Shown: positions 1 through 14,382 of the stretch, piece by piece
Layout: each line of letters starts with the position of its first letter
How positions within the stretch are numbered: the stretch's first letter is position 1
Origin: Gammaproteobacteria bacterium
GTDB taxonomy: Bacteria > Pseudomonadota > Gammaproteobacteria > Ga0077536
DNA: 64,000 nucleotides
NCBI GenBank assembly: GCA_947450495.1
Contig: CANFVX010000001.1
Location: forward strand, 16,434-80,433
Direction: 5' to 3'
The notes under the pieces: model-generated
Told to the model about the DNA's origin: nothing
Database searches by the model: none
The model's input: the letters and a program-made list of their open reading frames with translations, nothing else
Program-made: the position numbers and the translations under genes

Positions 1-3115
<3,115 letters not shown>

Positions 3116-3132
<17 letters not shown>

Positions 3133-4321
3133 GATAGCGCTCTGCGATCACTTCAATGAGCCAGCGAGCCAGCAGCGATTTCGACGCTTTACCCAGTTCG
3201 CGGCCTCCATCGGCCCAATAAACGGAAAGTTCGTTGTCATCACTTTCGAAGCCACTCCCTGGCATCCCCACCAGATTGGCGGCGATCATGTCGAGTTGTT
3301 TGGACTGCAATTTGGTTCGTGCGTAATCTTCAAGTCGCTCGGTTTCGGCCGCGAAACCGACCGTGAACGGACGCTCAGGCGAAGCTGAAACGGCTGCCAG
3401 TATATCTTTCGTCGGTACCAGATTAATGCTCATCGCGGCGCCGCTTTTCTTGATCTTCGCGCTCGCCGGCTCAACAACCGTGTAGTCCGCGACGGCTGCC
3501 GTCCCAATGAAAATATCGCAATTCGCTGAGCGCGAAAGCACAGCATCGTGCATTTCGGCGGCGCTGCGCACATTGATGACGTCGCATCCGCGGGGCGGCG
3601 CCATGGTGGAGGGCCCCGCCACCAGCGTTACGCGGGCGCCGGCAGCCAGCGCGGCCGCGGCGACGGCAAATCCCATCTTTCCGGAACTCCGGTTGGTGAT
3701 AAAACGCACCGGGTCGATCGCCTCCTGAGTCGGGCCGGCGGTGATGAGCACCTGCAAGCCCAACAATTCATTGCTCCCGAACAGGCCCTCGGCGGCGGCG
3801 CAAATGGCCGCGGGCTCACTCATGCGCCCGGGCCCCACGTCGCCGCAAGCCTGAGCCCCGCTGTCTGGCCCACAGAAGTGCACCCCGCGCGCGGCCAGCA
3901 GTTCGAGGTTGGCGGCAGTGGCGGCGCTACGCCACATTTGTTGGTTCATGGCTGGCGCGAGCAACAGCGGCGCCGCGCTGGCAAGGCACAAGGTCGTGGC
4001 CAAATCGTCCGCCAGGCCGTGCGCGACTCTGGCCATAAAGTCGGCGCTGGCGGGCGCCACCAGCACGAGATCCGCCCAGCGGGCCAGCTCGATGTGGCCC
4101 ATGGCTGCCTCAGCAGTGGGGTCCAGTAAGTCGATATGCACGGGCTGCCCGGACACGGCCTGAAAAGTCAGCGCTTGCACAAACGACTGTGCGGCGGCGG
4201 TCATCACCACCTGCACTCGCGCACCCGCAGCCTTCAGCTGCCGAACGAGATCCGGCGCCTTATAGGCCGCGATGCCGCCCGTCACCACCAGGCAGATTTG
4301 TTTGTCGGCGAGCCTGCTCAT
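3116..4321 (-). CDS. coaBC: bifunctional phosphopantothenoylcysteine decarboxylase / phosphopantothenate-cysteine ligase
   Basis: MSRLADKQICLVVTGGIAAYKAPDLVRQLK flavoprotein N-terminus; start chosen at internal ATG (complement of 4319-4321) with AGGAG RBS; divergent from radC as in E. coli dfp/radC. Confidence 0.85.
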
Positions 4322-4420
4322 ATGCTTGCTCCTGAAATAGGCCTCTGGATTGTAGCGCATGGATTGCGGTCATTTACCCGGAGGTCTGCGTTTACCAGTC
4401 ACTTGAACAAGGATGTTGAA

Positions 4421-5095
4421 ATGACGATCAAGAACTTTCCGGCCGCCGAGCGGCCGCGCGAACGACTGCTGACCCACGGCCCGCTGCCGCTGACCGATGC
4501 CGAACTTCTCGCGATTTTTCTGCGGACCGGCAGCGCCGGGCGCGATGCGCTGGCCTTGGCCCGCGAGCTCCTCCATCTCAGTGGCGGGCTACGGCGACTG
4601 CTGGAACTGCCCCTGGAAGACTTTCTGGGGATGCCGGGACTCGGCCTCGCCCGCTACGCAGAACTGCAGGCGGCACTGGAACTCACCCGTCGCTATTTCC
4701 GTAGCGGGCTGGAACAGCGCGACCTGATTAGTGGTCCGCAAGGCGCCAAGGATTTTCTGGTCGCCCAGTTCAAAACCTTGCGCCGGGAAGTTTTCGCATG
4801 CCTCTTTCTGGACACCCGACATCAGTTGATTGCCTTTGAAACGCTGTTTTTTGGCACTCTGGATGCGACGACCGTCCACCCTCGGGAGGTGGTTAGACGC
4901 GTGCTGGAGCTCAACGCCGCGGCGGTGATTCTCGCCCACAACCATCCCTCGGGAGTGGCAGAACCCAGCACGGCGGACCAAGCTTTAACCCAGCGTTTGC
5001 GCGACGCTCTGGCGCTGATCGACGTGCGTGTGCTGGACCATATCGTGGCGGGCGACGGCTCTGCGGTCTCTTTTGCGGACCGGGGTTGGCTTTAG
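4421..5095 (+). CDS. radC: RadC-family JAB-domain protein (UPF0758)
   Basis: MTIKNFPAAERPRERLL...HNHPSG...PS.AD motif set; start at ATG 4421 rather than the track's upstream extension. Confidence 0.85.
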   Translation: MTIKNFPAAERPRERLLTHGPLPLTDAELLAIFLRTGSAGRDALALARELLHLSGGLRRLLELPLEDFLGMPGLGLARYAELQAALELTRRYFRSGLEQRDLISGPQGAKDFLVAQFKTLRREVFACLFLDTRHQLIAFETLFFGTLDATTVHPREVVRRVLELNAAAVILAHNHPSGVAEPSTADQALTQRLRDALALIDVRVLDHIVAGDGSAVSFADRGWL

Positions 5096-5176
5096 ATCCG
5101 TAAAAAGTCTTGGCTCATCCACGCAAAGCGGCTAGACTCCGTCGCCCGCTAGATCATAACCATAGGCACGAGTGTC

Positions 5177-5413
5177 ATGTCCCGAGTTTGTCAGGTCACC
5201 GGTAAGGGTCCGATGTCCGGTAACAATGTCTCCCACGCGAATAACAAGACGCGTCGGCGGTATTTGCCGAACCTTCATTCGCGTCGCATCTGGGTCGACA
5301 GCGAACAACGCTTCGTTACCTTGCGCATCAGCAGTCATGGATTACGGATCATCGACAAGCGCGGCATTGATGTCGTTCTAAAAGAACTCCGCGCCCGCGG
5401 CGAAAAAGTCTGA
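5177..5413 (+). CDS. rpmB: 50S ribosomal protein L28
   Basis: [28 protein letters not shown]... canonical L28. Confidence 0.95.
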   Translation: MSRVCQVTGKGPMSGNNVSHANNKTRRRYLPNLHSRRIWVDSEQRFVTLRISSHGLRIIDKRGIDVVLKELRARGEKV

Positions 5414-5425
5414 GGTTGAGCAACC

Positions 5426-5581
5426 ATGCAGGAAAAAATCAAACTCGTGTCGAGTGCCGGGACCGGCCACTTCTACACCACGACCAAGAACAAGCGTAAC
5501 AATCCGGAAAAGTTGAAGCGCAAAAAGTTCGACCCGGTGGTCCGTCGCTACGTTGACTACAACGAGGCCAAGATCAAGTAA
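5426..5581 (+). CDS. rpmG: 50S ribosomal protein L33
   Basis: My translation [51 protein letters not shown]; too short for the ORF track. Confidence 0.9.
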   Translation: MQEKIKLVSSAGTGHFYTTTKNKRNNPEKLKRKKFDPVVRRYVDYNEAKIK

Positions 5582-5604
5582 TCGTGCTTGAGTCTTTCGG
5601 CAGA

Positions 5605-5630
5605 AAAGCCCGCTATCGCGGGCTTTTTTG
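5605..5630 (+). terminator. rho-independent terminator after rpmBG
   Basis: GC stem gcccgc/gcgggc followed by TTTTTT at 5624-5629. Confidence 0.7.
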
Positions 5631-5639
5631 TGTCCGCCA

Positions 5640-6827
5640 TCAAGCGACCAAGCGATAACCGGCCAGCCGTCGGGCGAACTCTTCCAGCGCCGCAATCCCG
5701 GTCGCTTCAGCAGCCTCACACCAGTCCTGCAGGCTCTGCAGCAGGCGTTCCTGACTCGCCTGACGCTCGCTGAACAGCATTAGCAATCGCTGCTGGAACT
5801 CATAAACCGTCGCCAAGGCCCGGCTTTTACTCAGACCGTCCCGCAAATACGCACGCTCCCGCTCGCCGAGCCTTTGGTCCGCTCGGGGAATTAGTCGCTT
5901 GAGCGATTTCAGCTCGTGGCGATTCGCTCTGGGCGTGCCAGCAACCTCGTCCTGATGTACCCGATACACGACCCGCCGCGCATAATCGGCGAGCACGTGC
6001 ACGTGACTGGCGACGACGGCGCGCAGCGTTTCGAGATCCACGCTCGATTTGCCGGCATCCACCATTGGCGCCCGCACGACCCGTTTCACGCTCGCCAGCC
6101 CCAGCAGTTCCAGCCCGCGGATATAGGCCCAGCCGATATCAAACTCCCAGGGGCGCATGGAAAAACGGGCCGAGGTCGCAAACGCGTGGTGGTTGTTATG
6201 TAACTCCTCACCGCCAATCAGCAGCCCCCATGGCAGCAGATTGGTCGAGCCATCCTGCGTCTCGAAGTTGCGATATCCCCGCCAATGACCGAGGCCGTTG
6301 ATAACCCCGGCGGCAAACAAGGGGATCCAGATCATCTGGACCGCCCAGACGGTCAAGCCCAGGACGCCGAACAGCACCAAATCCACCAGCAGCATCAAGG
6401 CCACGCCGTGAATGGTGAGACGGCTGTAGAGGTGCTGCTCCAGCCAGTCCTCTGGCGTTCCATGGCCATACTTGGCCAGCGTTGCCGGATCGTTTACAGC
6501 CTCCCGGTAGAGCTCGGCGCCCTCAAAAAAGACCTTTTTGATGCCAAACACCTGCGGACTGTGCGGGTCGCCGGTCTGCTCGACGAAGGCGTGGTGTTTG
6601 CGATGCACGGCGGTCCAACCCTTGGTGGACATGCCGGTGGTTAGCCAGAGCCATGCCCGGAACACATGCGCTACCGCCGGATGGAGTGAGAGGGCGCGGT
6701 GCGCCTGATGCCGGTGCAGGTACAGGGTCACGGCAACAATCGTGAAGTGCGTCATCAGTAACGTAGCCAGCAACACGCCCCACCAGGGCAGATCCAGCAG
6801 GCCATTGCGCGCGAAATCGGTAATCAT
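5640..6827 (-). CDS. desA: membrane acyl-lipid/acyl-CoA delta-9 fatty acid desaturase with C-terminal extension (about 395 aa)
   Basis: Histidine boxes HRHQAH, HRKHHAF, HNNHHAF; start set at MITDFARNG (complement 6825-6827) preceded by AAGGTGG RBS. Confidence 0.75.
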   Translation of the reverse strand: MITDFARNGLLDLPWWGVLLATLLMTHFTIVAVTLYLHRHQAHRALSLHPAVAHVFRAWLWLTTGMSTKGWTAVHRKHHAFVEQTGDPHSPQVFGIKKVFFEGAELYREAVNDPATLAKYGHGTPEDWLEQHLYSRLTIHGVALMLLVDLVLFGVLGLTVWAVQMIWIPLFAAGVINGLGHWRGYRNFETQDGSTNLLPWGLLIGGEELHNNHHAFATSARFSMRPWEFDIGWAYIRGLELLGLASVKRVVRAPMVDAGKSSVDLETLRAVVASHVHVLADYARRVVYRVHQDEVAGTPRANRHELKSLKRLIPRADQRLGERERAYLRDGLSKSRALATVYEFQQRLLMLFSERQASQERLLQSLQDWCEAAEATGIAALEEFARRLAGYRLVA

Positions 6828-6941
6828 GGGCCACCTTGTTCCGCAGGAAATCGTGATGAATCTTCCTCCACCCCTAAGGTGGCATGCAATGCGGCGCACG
6901 AGGCTTGGCAGGATCACCCAGCCTGCGAATAATCGGCCCGC

Positions 6942-7859
6942 ATGAGTGCAGACCTTCTGCTGGAAGCGCGCGGGCTATCTTGCGTCTACGGGCGCCGTCT
7001 GGTGGTAGACGGCTTGAGCCTGCAGCTGCAACGCGGGGAATGTCTGGGCCTCTTGGGCCTGAACGGCGCGGGCAAATCGACCGTGCTCAAGATGCTGAGC
7101 GGGGTGCTGGCACCACACGCCGGCGAGGTCTTCATCGACGGCGTCAGTCTCGGCCGCAGGCCGCTTCGCGCCAAGCGACAACTGGGCTATCTGCCCGACG
7201 TTCCGCCGCTATACCCGGATATGACGGTGCGGGAATTTCTGCTGCTGTGTGCCAACTTACACGCGGTGACGGCACCCGCGCAGGCCGTGACCGAGGCCCT
7301 TCATCGGTGTGAGCTGCAGGAAGTCGACAGACGGCTCATCCGCCATCTGTCCAAGGGCTATCAGCAGCGCGTCGGGATCGCGCAGGCAATCGTGCACCAG
7401 CCCGCAGTGCTGGTGCTCGATGAGCCGACAGTTGGGCTCGATCCAAGGCAATTGTTTGAGGTTCGCCAGCTGGTGCGAGCGTTAGCGCGCGACCGCGCGG
7501 TCATTTTTTCCTCCCACCAGTTGCGCGAAGTCGAGCACACCTGCACGCGGGTCGTGATGCTGCATGGGGGTCGCATTGTCCATGAAGCTTCGCTTCTGCA
7601 AAGCGCTATCGTCTTCCAACTCCGGTTGCGCGAAGGCGGACCGCAGGCGGCGCAGGCGCTCGCCGCGCTGCCCGGCGTGCTGAAGGCCGAAGCGGTCGGC
7701 GCCGAGGACTGGCAAGTCACGGTGGAGGACGCGTCGGTGAGCGAGCACATCGCAGCCTGCGTGGTCGCGGCGGGCTGGGGGCTGCGCGAACTGCGCCGGC
7801 TCGAAACCCCGCTCGAGCAGACCTTCCTCGCCCTGACGGCCGGAGACCAAGCCGCATGA
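6942..7859 (+). CDS. ABC transporter ATP-binding protein (ABC-2/GldA-like)
   Basis: Walker A GLNGAGKST, ABC signature LSKGYQQR, Walker B VLVLDEPT. Confidence 0.85.
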   Translation: MSADLLLEARGLSCVYGRRLVVDGLSLQLQRGECLGLLGLNGAGKSTVLKMLSGVLAPHAGEVFIDGVSLGRRPLRAKRQLGYLPDVPPLYPDMTVREFLLLCANLHAVTAPAQAVTEALHRCELQEVDRRLIRHLSKGYQQRVGIAQAIVHQPAVLVLDEPTVGLDPRQLFEVRQLVRALARDRAVIFSSHQLREVEHTCTRVVMLHGGRIVHEASLLQSAIVFQLRLREGGPQAAQALAALPGVLKAEAVGAEDWQVTVEDASVSEHIAACVVAAGWGLRELRRLETPLEQTFLALTAGDQAA

Positions 7860-8605
7860 TGCGCGTAGTGCTACGCCGTGAATGGCATGGCTTCTTTCGC
7901 GGGCCGTCGGCATGGATGGTCCTCGCGCTGGTGCAATTTCTGGTCGCGTTTCAATTTTTGAGTCTGGTTGAGCAGTTCGAGGCCGCCTTGCCGCGGCTGG
8001 CGCGATTGGCTCAAGCACCGGGCCTGACGGAACTGGTGGTGCAACCCCTGATGATGATGGTCGCCATGCTGCTGCTGTTTGTGGTGCCTATGCTCTCGAT
8101 GTCCGCCATCGCGGGCGAGCGCCGGAGCAATACATATTGCCTGTGGCAAAGCGCGCCGATTAGCCTGCGAGCGCTGGTGCTCGGCAAATGGCTCGGGATC
8201 GTGAGCGTGCTGGCATTGATCTGGCTGACCACCGCCCTGCTGTGCCTCACCCTCGCCTGGGGTACCGAACTCGACTGGAAAGCGCTCCTCAGCGCTCTCC
8301 TCGGGCTAGCCTTGTTCATGCTGGCGACGAGTGCCATCGGGCTATTGTTCTCGACCTTGGCGAGTCTGCCTGCGCTCGCGGCGCTCGGCAGCTTCACCTG
8401 TCTCCTGTTTCTGTGGGTTTGTGACTGGAGCGGTCAGTTCGACGAGGCGCCCACCGTCTTTACCGGGCTGTCGATGATGGCTCACTTGCAGCCACTGGCG
8501 CGTGGCCTGATGGACACCGCTGACATTGGCTACTTTTTGGTGCTGACTATAGGCGCGCTGCTGTTATCGATCTGGCGACTGGACGGTGAACGTCGTGCCC
8601 TTTGA
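7856..8605 (+). CDS. ABC-2 family permease (GldF-like)
   Basis: Six hydrophobic segments; start overlaps the ATPase stop (ATGA). Confidence 0.7.
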   Translation: MMRVVLRREWHGFFRGPSAWMVLALVQFLVAFQFLSLVEQFEAALPRLARLAQAPGLTELVVQPLMMMVAMLLLFVVPMLSMSAIAGERRSNTYCLWQSAPISLRALVLGKWLGIVSVLALIWLTTALLCLTLAWGTELDWKALLSALLGLALFMLATSAIGLLFSTLASLPALAALGSFTCLLFLWVCDWSGQFDEAPTVFTGLSMMAHLQPLARGLMDTADIGYFLVLTIGALLLSIWRLDGERRAL

Positions 8606-9911
8606 CCGCAGCTGGCGCCGATGGCGCTACGCGCTGGAGGGCCTCGCGCTCGTCGTGAGCCTTGGCGTCGTGCTGTATGGGGTGTGTTCGTATCATCTGG
8701 CGGTCGACTGGACGCGCAACGAACGCCACTCCCTCCACCACGCGAGCAAGTTGGCGCTGACCGCGATCACGCTGCCGCTGACCGCCACCGTCTACCTGCC
8801 AGACCGTCACCCAAATCGGGAGTTAGCGAAGAATTTGGTAGTACGCTACCAGCGCGCCGCCCCTGCGCTGACCCTCCATTTTGTGGACCCGGCTGCAGTG
8901 CCGGAGCTGATGCGCAATGAGGAGATCCGCGAAGGCGAGATCACCCTTAGCGCCGGCGACCGCCGCGAGCGCGTGCGTCAATACACGGAGGCGGCGTTTA
9001 CCAACGCACTCATGCGACTGGCCCGCAAGGACTCGCAATGGCTGGCCTTCGTTAGCGGACACGGTGAGCGCAGCCCCTCACGCGGGGCCAATTTCGATCT
9101 GTCGGACTTTGCCCAAGCCCTGGCCCAGCGAGGCATAAAGGCGCGCGAAGTGAATCTGGCCGATACCCCGACCATTCCGGACAACGCGGCGGCCTTGGTG
9201 ATCGCGAGCCCGCAAGTCGATTTCCTGCCCGGCGAAATCACGGTTATCCAAGGCTATCTGTCGCGGGGCGGCGCACTGCTGTGGTTGCTGGAACCGGAAG
9301 TGCCCGGTTCGCTGCAAACGCTGGCGGCGAGCCTCGGGATTACGCTGACCGGAGACACCGTGATCGATCCGGGCGCGCAGGCCATGGGCATTGATGACCC
9401 GGCGATGGCGCTGGTCTCCCACTATGAAACGCATCCGGCGCTGGGCCGTTTCAATGCCACGGCCCTGCTGCCGCATGCCACCCCGCTGGTGGTAAAGGCA
9501 CTGCCCGGCTGGCAGCTGGCCCCTTTGTTTGTGAGCAATCCCGGCGCCTGGGGCGAGCGTTCATCGCTCAAAGCCGCAGTGAGCTTCGATGCGGCAGAGG
9601 ACCTGCGCGGGCCGCTGACGCTGGGGCTCGCGTTGCGCCATCAGGCGCAGCGCATCGTGCTGGTAGGCGACGGCGATTTCCTCTCCAATGCCTATCTGGG
9701 CAACGGAGGCAACCGCGAGCTTGGCACCCGGCTGGTGGAATGGCTCGCGGCAAACGAAGCGCTGGTCGAGATCGATGCCGTCTCTGCTCCTGACTCACGC
9801 CTTGACCTCTCGCCCTGGCAAATCGGGGTGATGGGTGGCGCTTTTCTCATCGCCCTGCCGGGCGCCTGCTTACTCAACGGCCTTTGGCTCTGGTGGCGTC
9901 GTCGTGCCTGA
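8586..9911 (+). CDS. GldG-like ABC-transporter auxiliary component (N-terminal and C-terminal TM anchors)
   Basis: 441 aa with TM helix at each end and a large periplasmic domain; overlaps the upstream permease, the typical gldA/F/G-type arrangement. Confidence 0.6.
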   Translation: MNVVPFDRSWRRWRYALEGLALVVSLGVVLYGVCSYHLAVDWTRNERHSLHHASKLALTAITLPLTATVYLPDRHPNRELAKNLVVRYQRAAPALTLHFVDPAAVPELMRNEEIREGEITLSAGDRRERVRQYTEAAFTNALMRLARKDSQWLAFVSGHGERSPSRGANFDLSDFAQALAQRGIKAREVNLADTPTIPDNAAALVIASPQVDFLPGEITVIQGYLSRGGALLWLLEPEVPGSLQTLAASLGITLTGDTVIDPGAQAMGIDDPAMALVSHYETHPALGRFNATALLPHATPLVVKALPGWQLAPLFVSNPGAWGERSSLKAAVSFDAAEDLRGPLTLGLALRHQAQRIVLVGDGDFLSNAYLGNGGNRELGTRLVEWLAANEALVEIDAVSAPDSRLDLSPWQIGVMGGAFLIALPGACLLNGLWLWWRRRA

Positions 9912-10722
9912 ATTACCCGAAGTTGAAACAACCTGTCGCGGCGTGGCGCCGCATGTCGAAGGCCGAACCGTGAGTCTGGTGGTGGTGCGCGAGCATCGGA
10001 TGCGCCAGCCGGTCCCTCCCGATTTGGCTGAAATCCTGACCGGACAAGTCCTGCAAACCGTGCGGCGGCGGGCCAAGTACCTGCTGTTTCAATTTCCGCA
10101 CGGACACCTGCTGGTGCATTTGGGCATGAGCGGTTCGCTCCGGGTCATCGCACCCGACACACCGGTAAAACCGCACGACCACATCGACCTCGAGTTCGAC
10201 GGCCAGATCTGTTTGCGTTTGCGCGACCCCCGACGTTTCGGGCTCATGCTGTGGCTGGTGGGTGAGCCTGAGGCGCACCCGCTGTTGGCGAAACTAGGGC
10301 CAGAGCCGTGGGATGCGACTTTCACCGCCGAATACCTGAGCGGCCTGGCCAGCACGCGGAGCGGCGCGGTCAAAAACTTCCTGATGGACGGTCATATTGT
10401 GGTGGGCGTGGGGAACATCTACGCCAGCGAATCGCTGCATCGCGCGGGCATTCATCCGTCTCGCCCTGCCCGACGGGTCAGCCGCGAGCGCTATGCAAAA
10501 CTGGTCGTGGCGGTGAAAGAGGTGTTGGAAGCGGCTATCGGGTTTGGCGGAACAACCCTCCGGGACTTCACCCGCGACGACGGCAAACCGGGATATTTTC
10601 GCAATGAGCTGCGGGTGTATGACCGCGCCGGCGAGCCCTGCCTGCAATGTGGTGAAGCACCGATTGCGCAACGGGTCATAGGTCAACGCGCCAGCTACTT
10701 CTGCCCCCGTTGCCAGCGATGA
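9903..10722 (+). CDS. mutM: formamidopyrimidine-DNA glycosylase
   Basis: GTG start followed by PELPEVETT (catalytic Pro2/Glu3); C-terminal zinc finger CLQCGEAP...YFCPRCQ. Confidence 0.9.
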
Positions 10723-11891
10723 AGCGGGCGGCGCCGTCACCGACTCAGGCGGTTGTGGCCGGCTTGCTGGTGCTGGTCAGCGTGATGGGGATCGGACGCT
10801 TCGCCTACACGCCACTCCTGCCCCGGATGCAGGACGCGCTGGGCTGGAGTCTGGCGCAGGCCGGCGATATCGCCAGCGCCAATTTTCTCGGCTATCTGCT
10901 CGGCGCCCTGGCGTCGGGCAAAATCGCTGGCCGCCCCTGCCGGGCGCATTGGCTGGTCGGGGCGCTGCTGGCGAGCGCGTTGACAACCCTGCTCGGCGTC
11001 TACCCCTGGACCTATGGCGCCTGGCTGGTCCTGCGACTGGTGGCGGGGGCCGCGAGCGCGATCGGCATGGTGATCGGCACGGCGCTGGTCATCGATTATG
11101 TTTCGCTGAGTGGCCGACCGGCGCTCAGTACCGCGCCCTTTCCGGGGGTGGGGATCGGCATTGTGCTTTCGGTACTCGTGATTGAAACAACGACCCGCGC
11201 GGGGTTTTCGGTGGCGGGTCAGTGGGGCGCGCTGGGTTTTAGCGCGCTCGCCTGTGCCGGCATCGCCTTACCCGTCTTCCTGCGCCTACCCAATCTGCGC
11301 CCGGCGACATCGCTCGCCGGCAAGAGGCCGCAGGCCAGCGGCAACCCTGCGCATCTGCGCCGCCTGATAGCCGCCTATGGCCTGCTCGGTTTTGGTTATG
11401 TCGTCACCGCCACCTTTATTGTGGCGATGGCTCGTCAGCGGAGCAGCGCGCCGTTTCTGGAGCCGCTGTGCTGGCTGGTCGTCGGCGCCTGCGCGGCGCC
11501 GTCGGTGCCCCTGGGTCGCCGCTTGGCGAATCGGTTTGGCTTGATGGCGGTGATGCGCGGGGCGTTTATTGTGGAAGCGCTAGGGGTCTTGCTGGCCGGC
11601 ATCGGCCACGACAGCGTGAGTCTGCTGCTGGGCGGCGCCTGCCTCGGCGCGACCTTTCTGTCCATCACCGCCCTGATTCTCAATGCGGCCCGCACGGCGG
11701 CGGGCCCTTCGGCAGATGCCGCCATGGGCTGGATGACCACCGCGTTTGGCAGCGGCCAATGGCTGGGGCCCTTTTTTGCGGGACGGCTGGCGGTCTGGTC
11801 GGGTGGTTTCGCCTTGCCATCGCTATTGGCCGCCGGCCTGTTACTGCTTGGTGCCGCCCTGTTGCCGGCAGATCCCGCACGCGCGGATTAG
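10710..11891 (+). CDS. MFS transporter, YbfB/YjiJ family
   Basis: 12 hydrophobic segments; GRFAYTPLLPRMQDALGWS N-terminal signature of the YbfB/YjiJ family. Confidence 0.65.
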   Translation: MPAMKRAAPSPTQAVVAGLLVLVSVMGIGRFAYTPLLPRMQDALGWSLAQAGDIASANFLGYLLGALASGKIAGRPCRAHWLVGALLASALTTLLGVYPWTYGAWLVLRLVAGAASAIGMVIGTALVIDYVSLSGRPALSTAPFPGVGIGIVLSVLVIETTTRAGFSVAGQWGALGFSALACAGIALPVFLRLPNLRPATSLAGKRPQASGNPAHLRRLIAAYGLLGFGYVVTATFIVAMARQRSSAPFLEPLCWLVVGACAAPSVPLGRRLANRFGLMAVMRGAFIVEALGVLLAGIGHDSVSLLLGGACLGATFLSITALILNAARTAAGPSADAAMGWMTTAFGSGQWLGPFFAGRLAVWSGGFALPSLLAAGLLLLGAALLPADPARAD

Positions 11892-13594
11892 CGCGGCGGC
11901 GCCACCACCAAGACCGCTGCCGTGCCTTCGCCGCGCGGATCGGAAGCCGCGCTCACCGCCCGATGGTCACGGTCCCAAAGGATGGCCTGCATGTTGCCGT
12001 AATCGCGGTCGGAGCGAGTGAGCTTGTGCCCGAGCTTGCCCAATTCGGCCTGCAACGCCGCATCCATCGCGGCCGGCTCATAGAGCACTTCATCCGGCAA
12101 ATATTGATGATGGAAGCGGGGCACCGCGACCCAGTCTGCGGGGGACTGGCCGTCGCTGAAAGACAGCACGCCGAGCAGGACCATCGAGATAATCCGGCTG
12201 CCGCCCGGCGTCCCCAGAATGCCAATGCGATTGGGCGCCTCGAGGAAAGTTGGGGTCATGGATGAAAGCGGGCGCTTACCCGGGGCTATCGCGTTGGCTT
12301 CAACGCCGACCAGACCGTAGCCATTGGGCACGTTCGGTTTGGCCGAAAAGTCGTCCATTTCGTCATTCAGCAACACCCCGGTGTCCGGCGGGGTAAAGGC
12401 GCTGCCGAAGGGGTAGTTGATGCTCAGCGTCGCAGCGACCCGGTTGCCCTCGGCATCGAGCACCGACAAATGCGTGGTGTGGTCACCCTGCGCGGGGGGG
12501 GCGATGGGCCGCAGCGTGCTGCTGGGTGTGGCCGCCGTAAGCGACAGGTTGGCGCTTACTTCCTTGGCATGTTCTTTATTAATCAACTTGGCGACCGGCA
12601 CTTCGACGAAATCCGGGTCGCCCAGATATTCGGCGCGGTCGCGATACGCGCGACGCATCGCCTCGATAACGAGGTGGGTGCGGGTGGGCTTGGACAGCGC
12701 CGGCAGATCGTAGGGTTCCAGCACGTTGAGCGCTTCAATCAGCGCCACGCCTCCTGAAGACGGCGGCGGGGCGGAGACGATGCGGATCCCGTGAAAGCTG
12801 CCGACCAGCGGCGTGCGCTCCTTCACCCGATAGGCGGCGAGATCTTCCATCGTCCACAGGCCGCCCGCCGCGCGAACCCCCGCCACCAGCAAGCGAGCGA
12901 CATCCCCCGCGTAGAAACCGTCTTTGCCTCGCGTCGCAATAGCCTCCAGCGTGCGGGCGAGGGCCGGCTGCGACAGGCGCTGGCCGGCCGCCGGGACGTC
13001 GTTGGCCTGCAGAAAAATGGCGGCACTGGTGGGATCCTTGCGCAGCACATCACGGCGCACGCCGGCCATCACGCGATAACGCTCGGTCGCGAGGAAGCCT
13101 TCTCGCGCAATCCTGATCGCGGGGGCGAGCACCCGGGCCAAGGGCAATCGCCCATAGTGTTCGCTGACTTCCACCAAAGCCGCCGGCAAGCCGGGGATAG
13201 CGGCCGCCTTCGCGCCGTTCAGCGACAGGCCCGGCACGACATTGCCGGCGGCGTCGAGAAACATATCGCGAGTGGCGGCAGCGGGGGCCGTCTCACGGGC
13301 ATCGAGCATGATCTCGCGGCCGCTCTTGACGTCATGAAGCAGGAAGAAGCCGCCGCCACCAAGGCCGGAGGAGTAGGGCTCGGCCACCGCCAGCGCGGCC
13401 GCTACAGCGACCGCCGCGTCAAAGGCATTGCCACCTGCTTGCAGGATCTCCTGGCCGGCAGCAGTCGCCAACGGGTGTGCCGAGGCCACGGCGGCCTGAC
13501 CCGGCGCAACCGGCAACTCGCGGGCGTGAGCGGAGGGGAAGGGCAACAACAGCAGGCCCAGCAGGGCGAGCCATAGTGGTTTGCGGAATATCAT
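11888..13594 (-). CDS. ggt: gamma-glutamyltranspeptidase (periplasmic, signal peptide)
   Basis: N-terminal signal peptide; GGGGF; catalytic TTHLSV at the autoprocessing site. Confidence 0.9.
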   Translation of the reverse strand: MIFRKPLWLALLGLLLLPFPSAHARELPVAPGQAAVASAHPLATAAGQEILQAGGNAFDAAVAVAAALAVAEPYSSGLGGGGFFLLHDVKSGREIMLDARETAPAAATRDMFLDAAGNVVPGLSLNGAKAAAIPGLPAALVEVSEHYGRLPLARVLAPAIRIAREGFLATERYRVMAGVRRDVLRKDPTSAAIFLQANDVPAAGQRLSQPALARTLEAIATRGKDGFYAGDVARLLVAGVRAAGGLWTMEDLAAYRVKERTPLVGSFHGIRIVSAPPPSSGGVALIEALNVLEPYDLPALSKPTRTHLVIEAMRRAYRDRAEYLGDPDFVEVPVAKLINKEHAKEVSANLSLTAATPSSTLRPIAPPAQGDHTTHLSVLDAEGNRVAATLSINYPFGSAFTPPDTGVLLNDEMDDFSAKPNVPNGYGLVGVEANAIAPGKRPLSSMTPTFLEAPNRIGILGTPGGSRIISMVLLGVLSFSDGQSPADWVAVPRFHHQYLPDEVLYEPAAMDAALQAELGKLGHKLTRSDRDYGNMQAILWDRDHRAVSAASDPRGEGTAAVLVVAPPR

Positions 13595-13622
13595 CGCGCG
13601 GTCTCCTCGGCCGGATGTGGCG

Positions 13623-14382
<760 letters not shown>

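Noticed and set aside
4136-4420. Upstream extension of radC to 319 aa
   Set aside because: Conserved RadC N-terminus begins at MTIKNFPAAERPRERLL (4421); the extension would overlap coaBC start region on the opposite strand and has no homology signal
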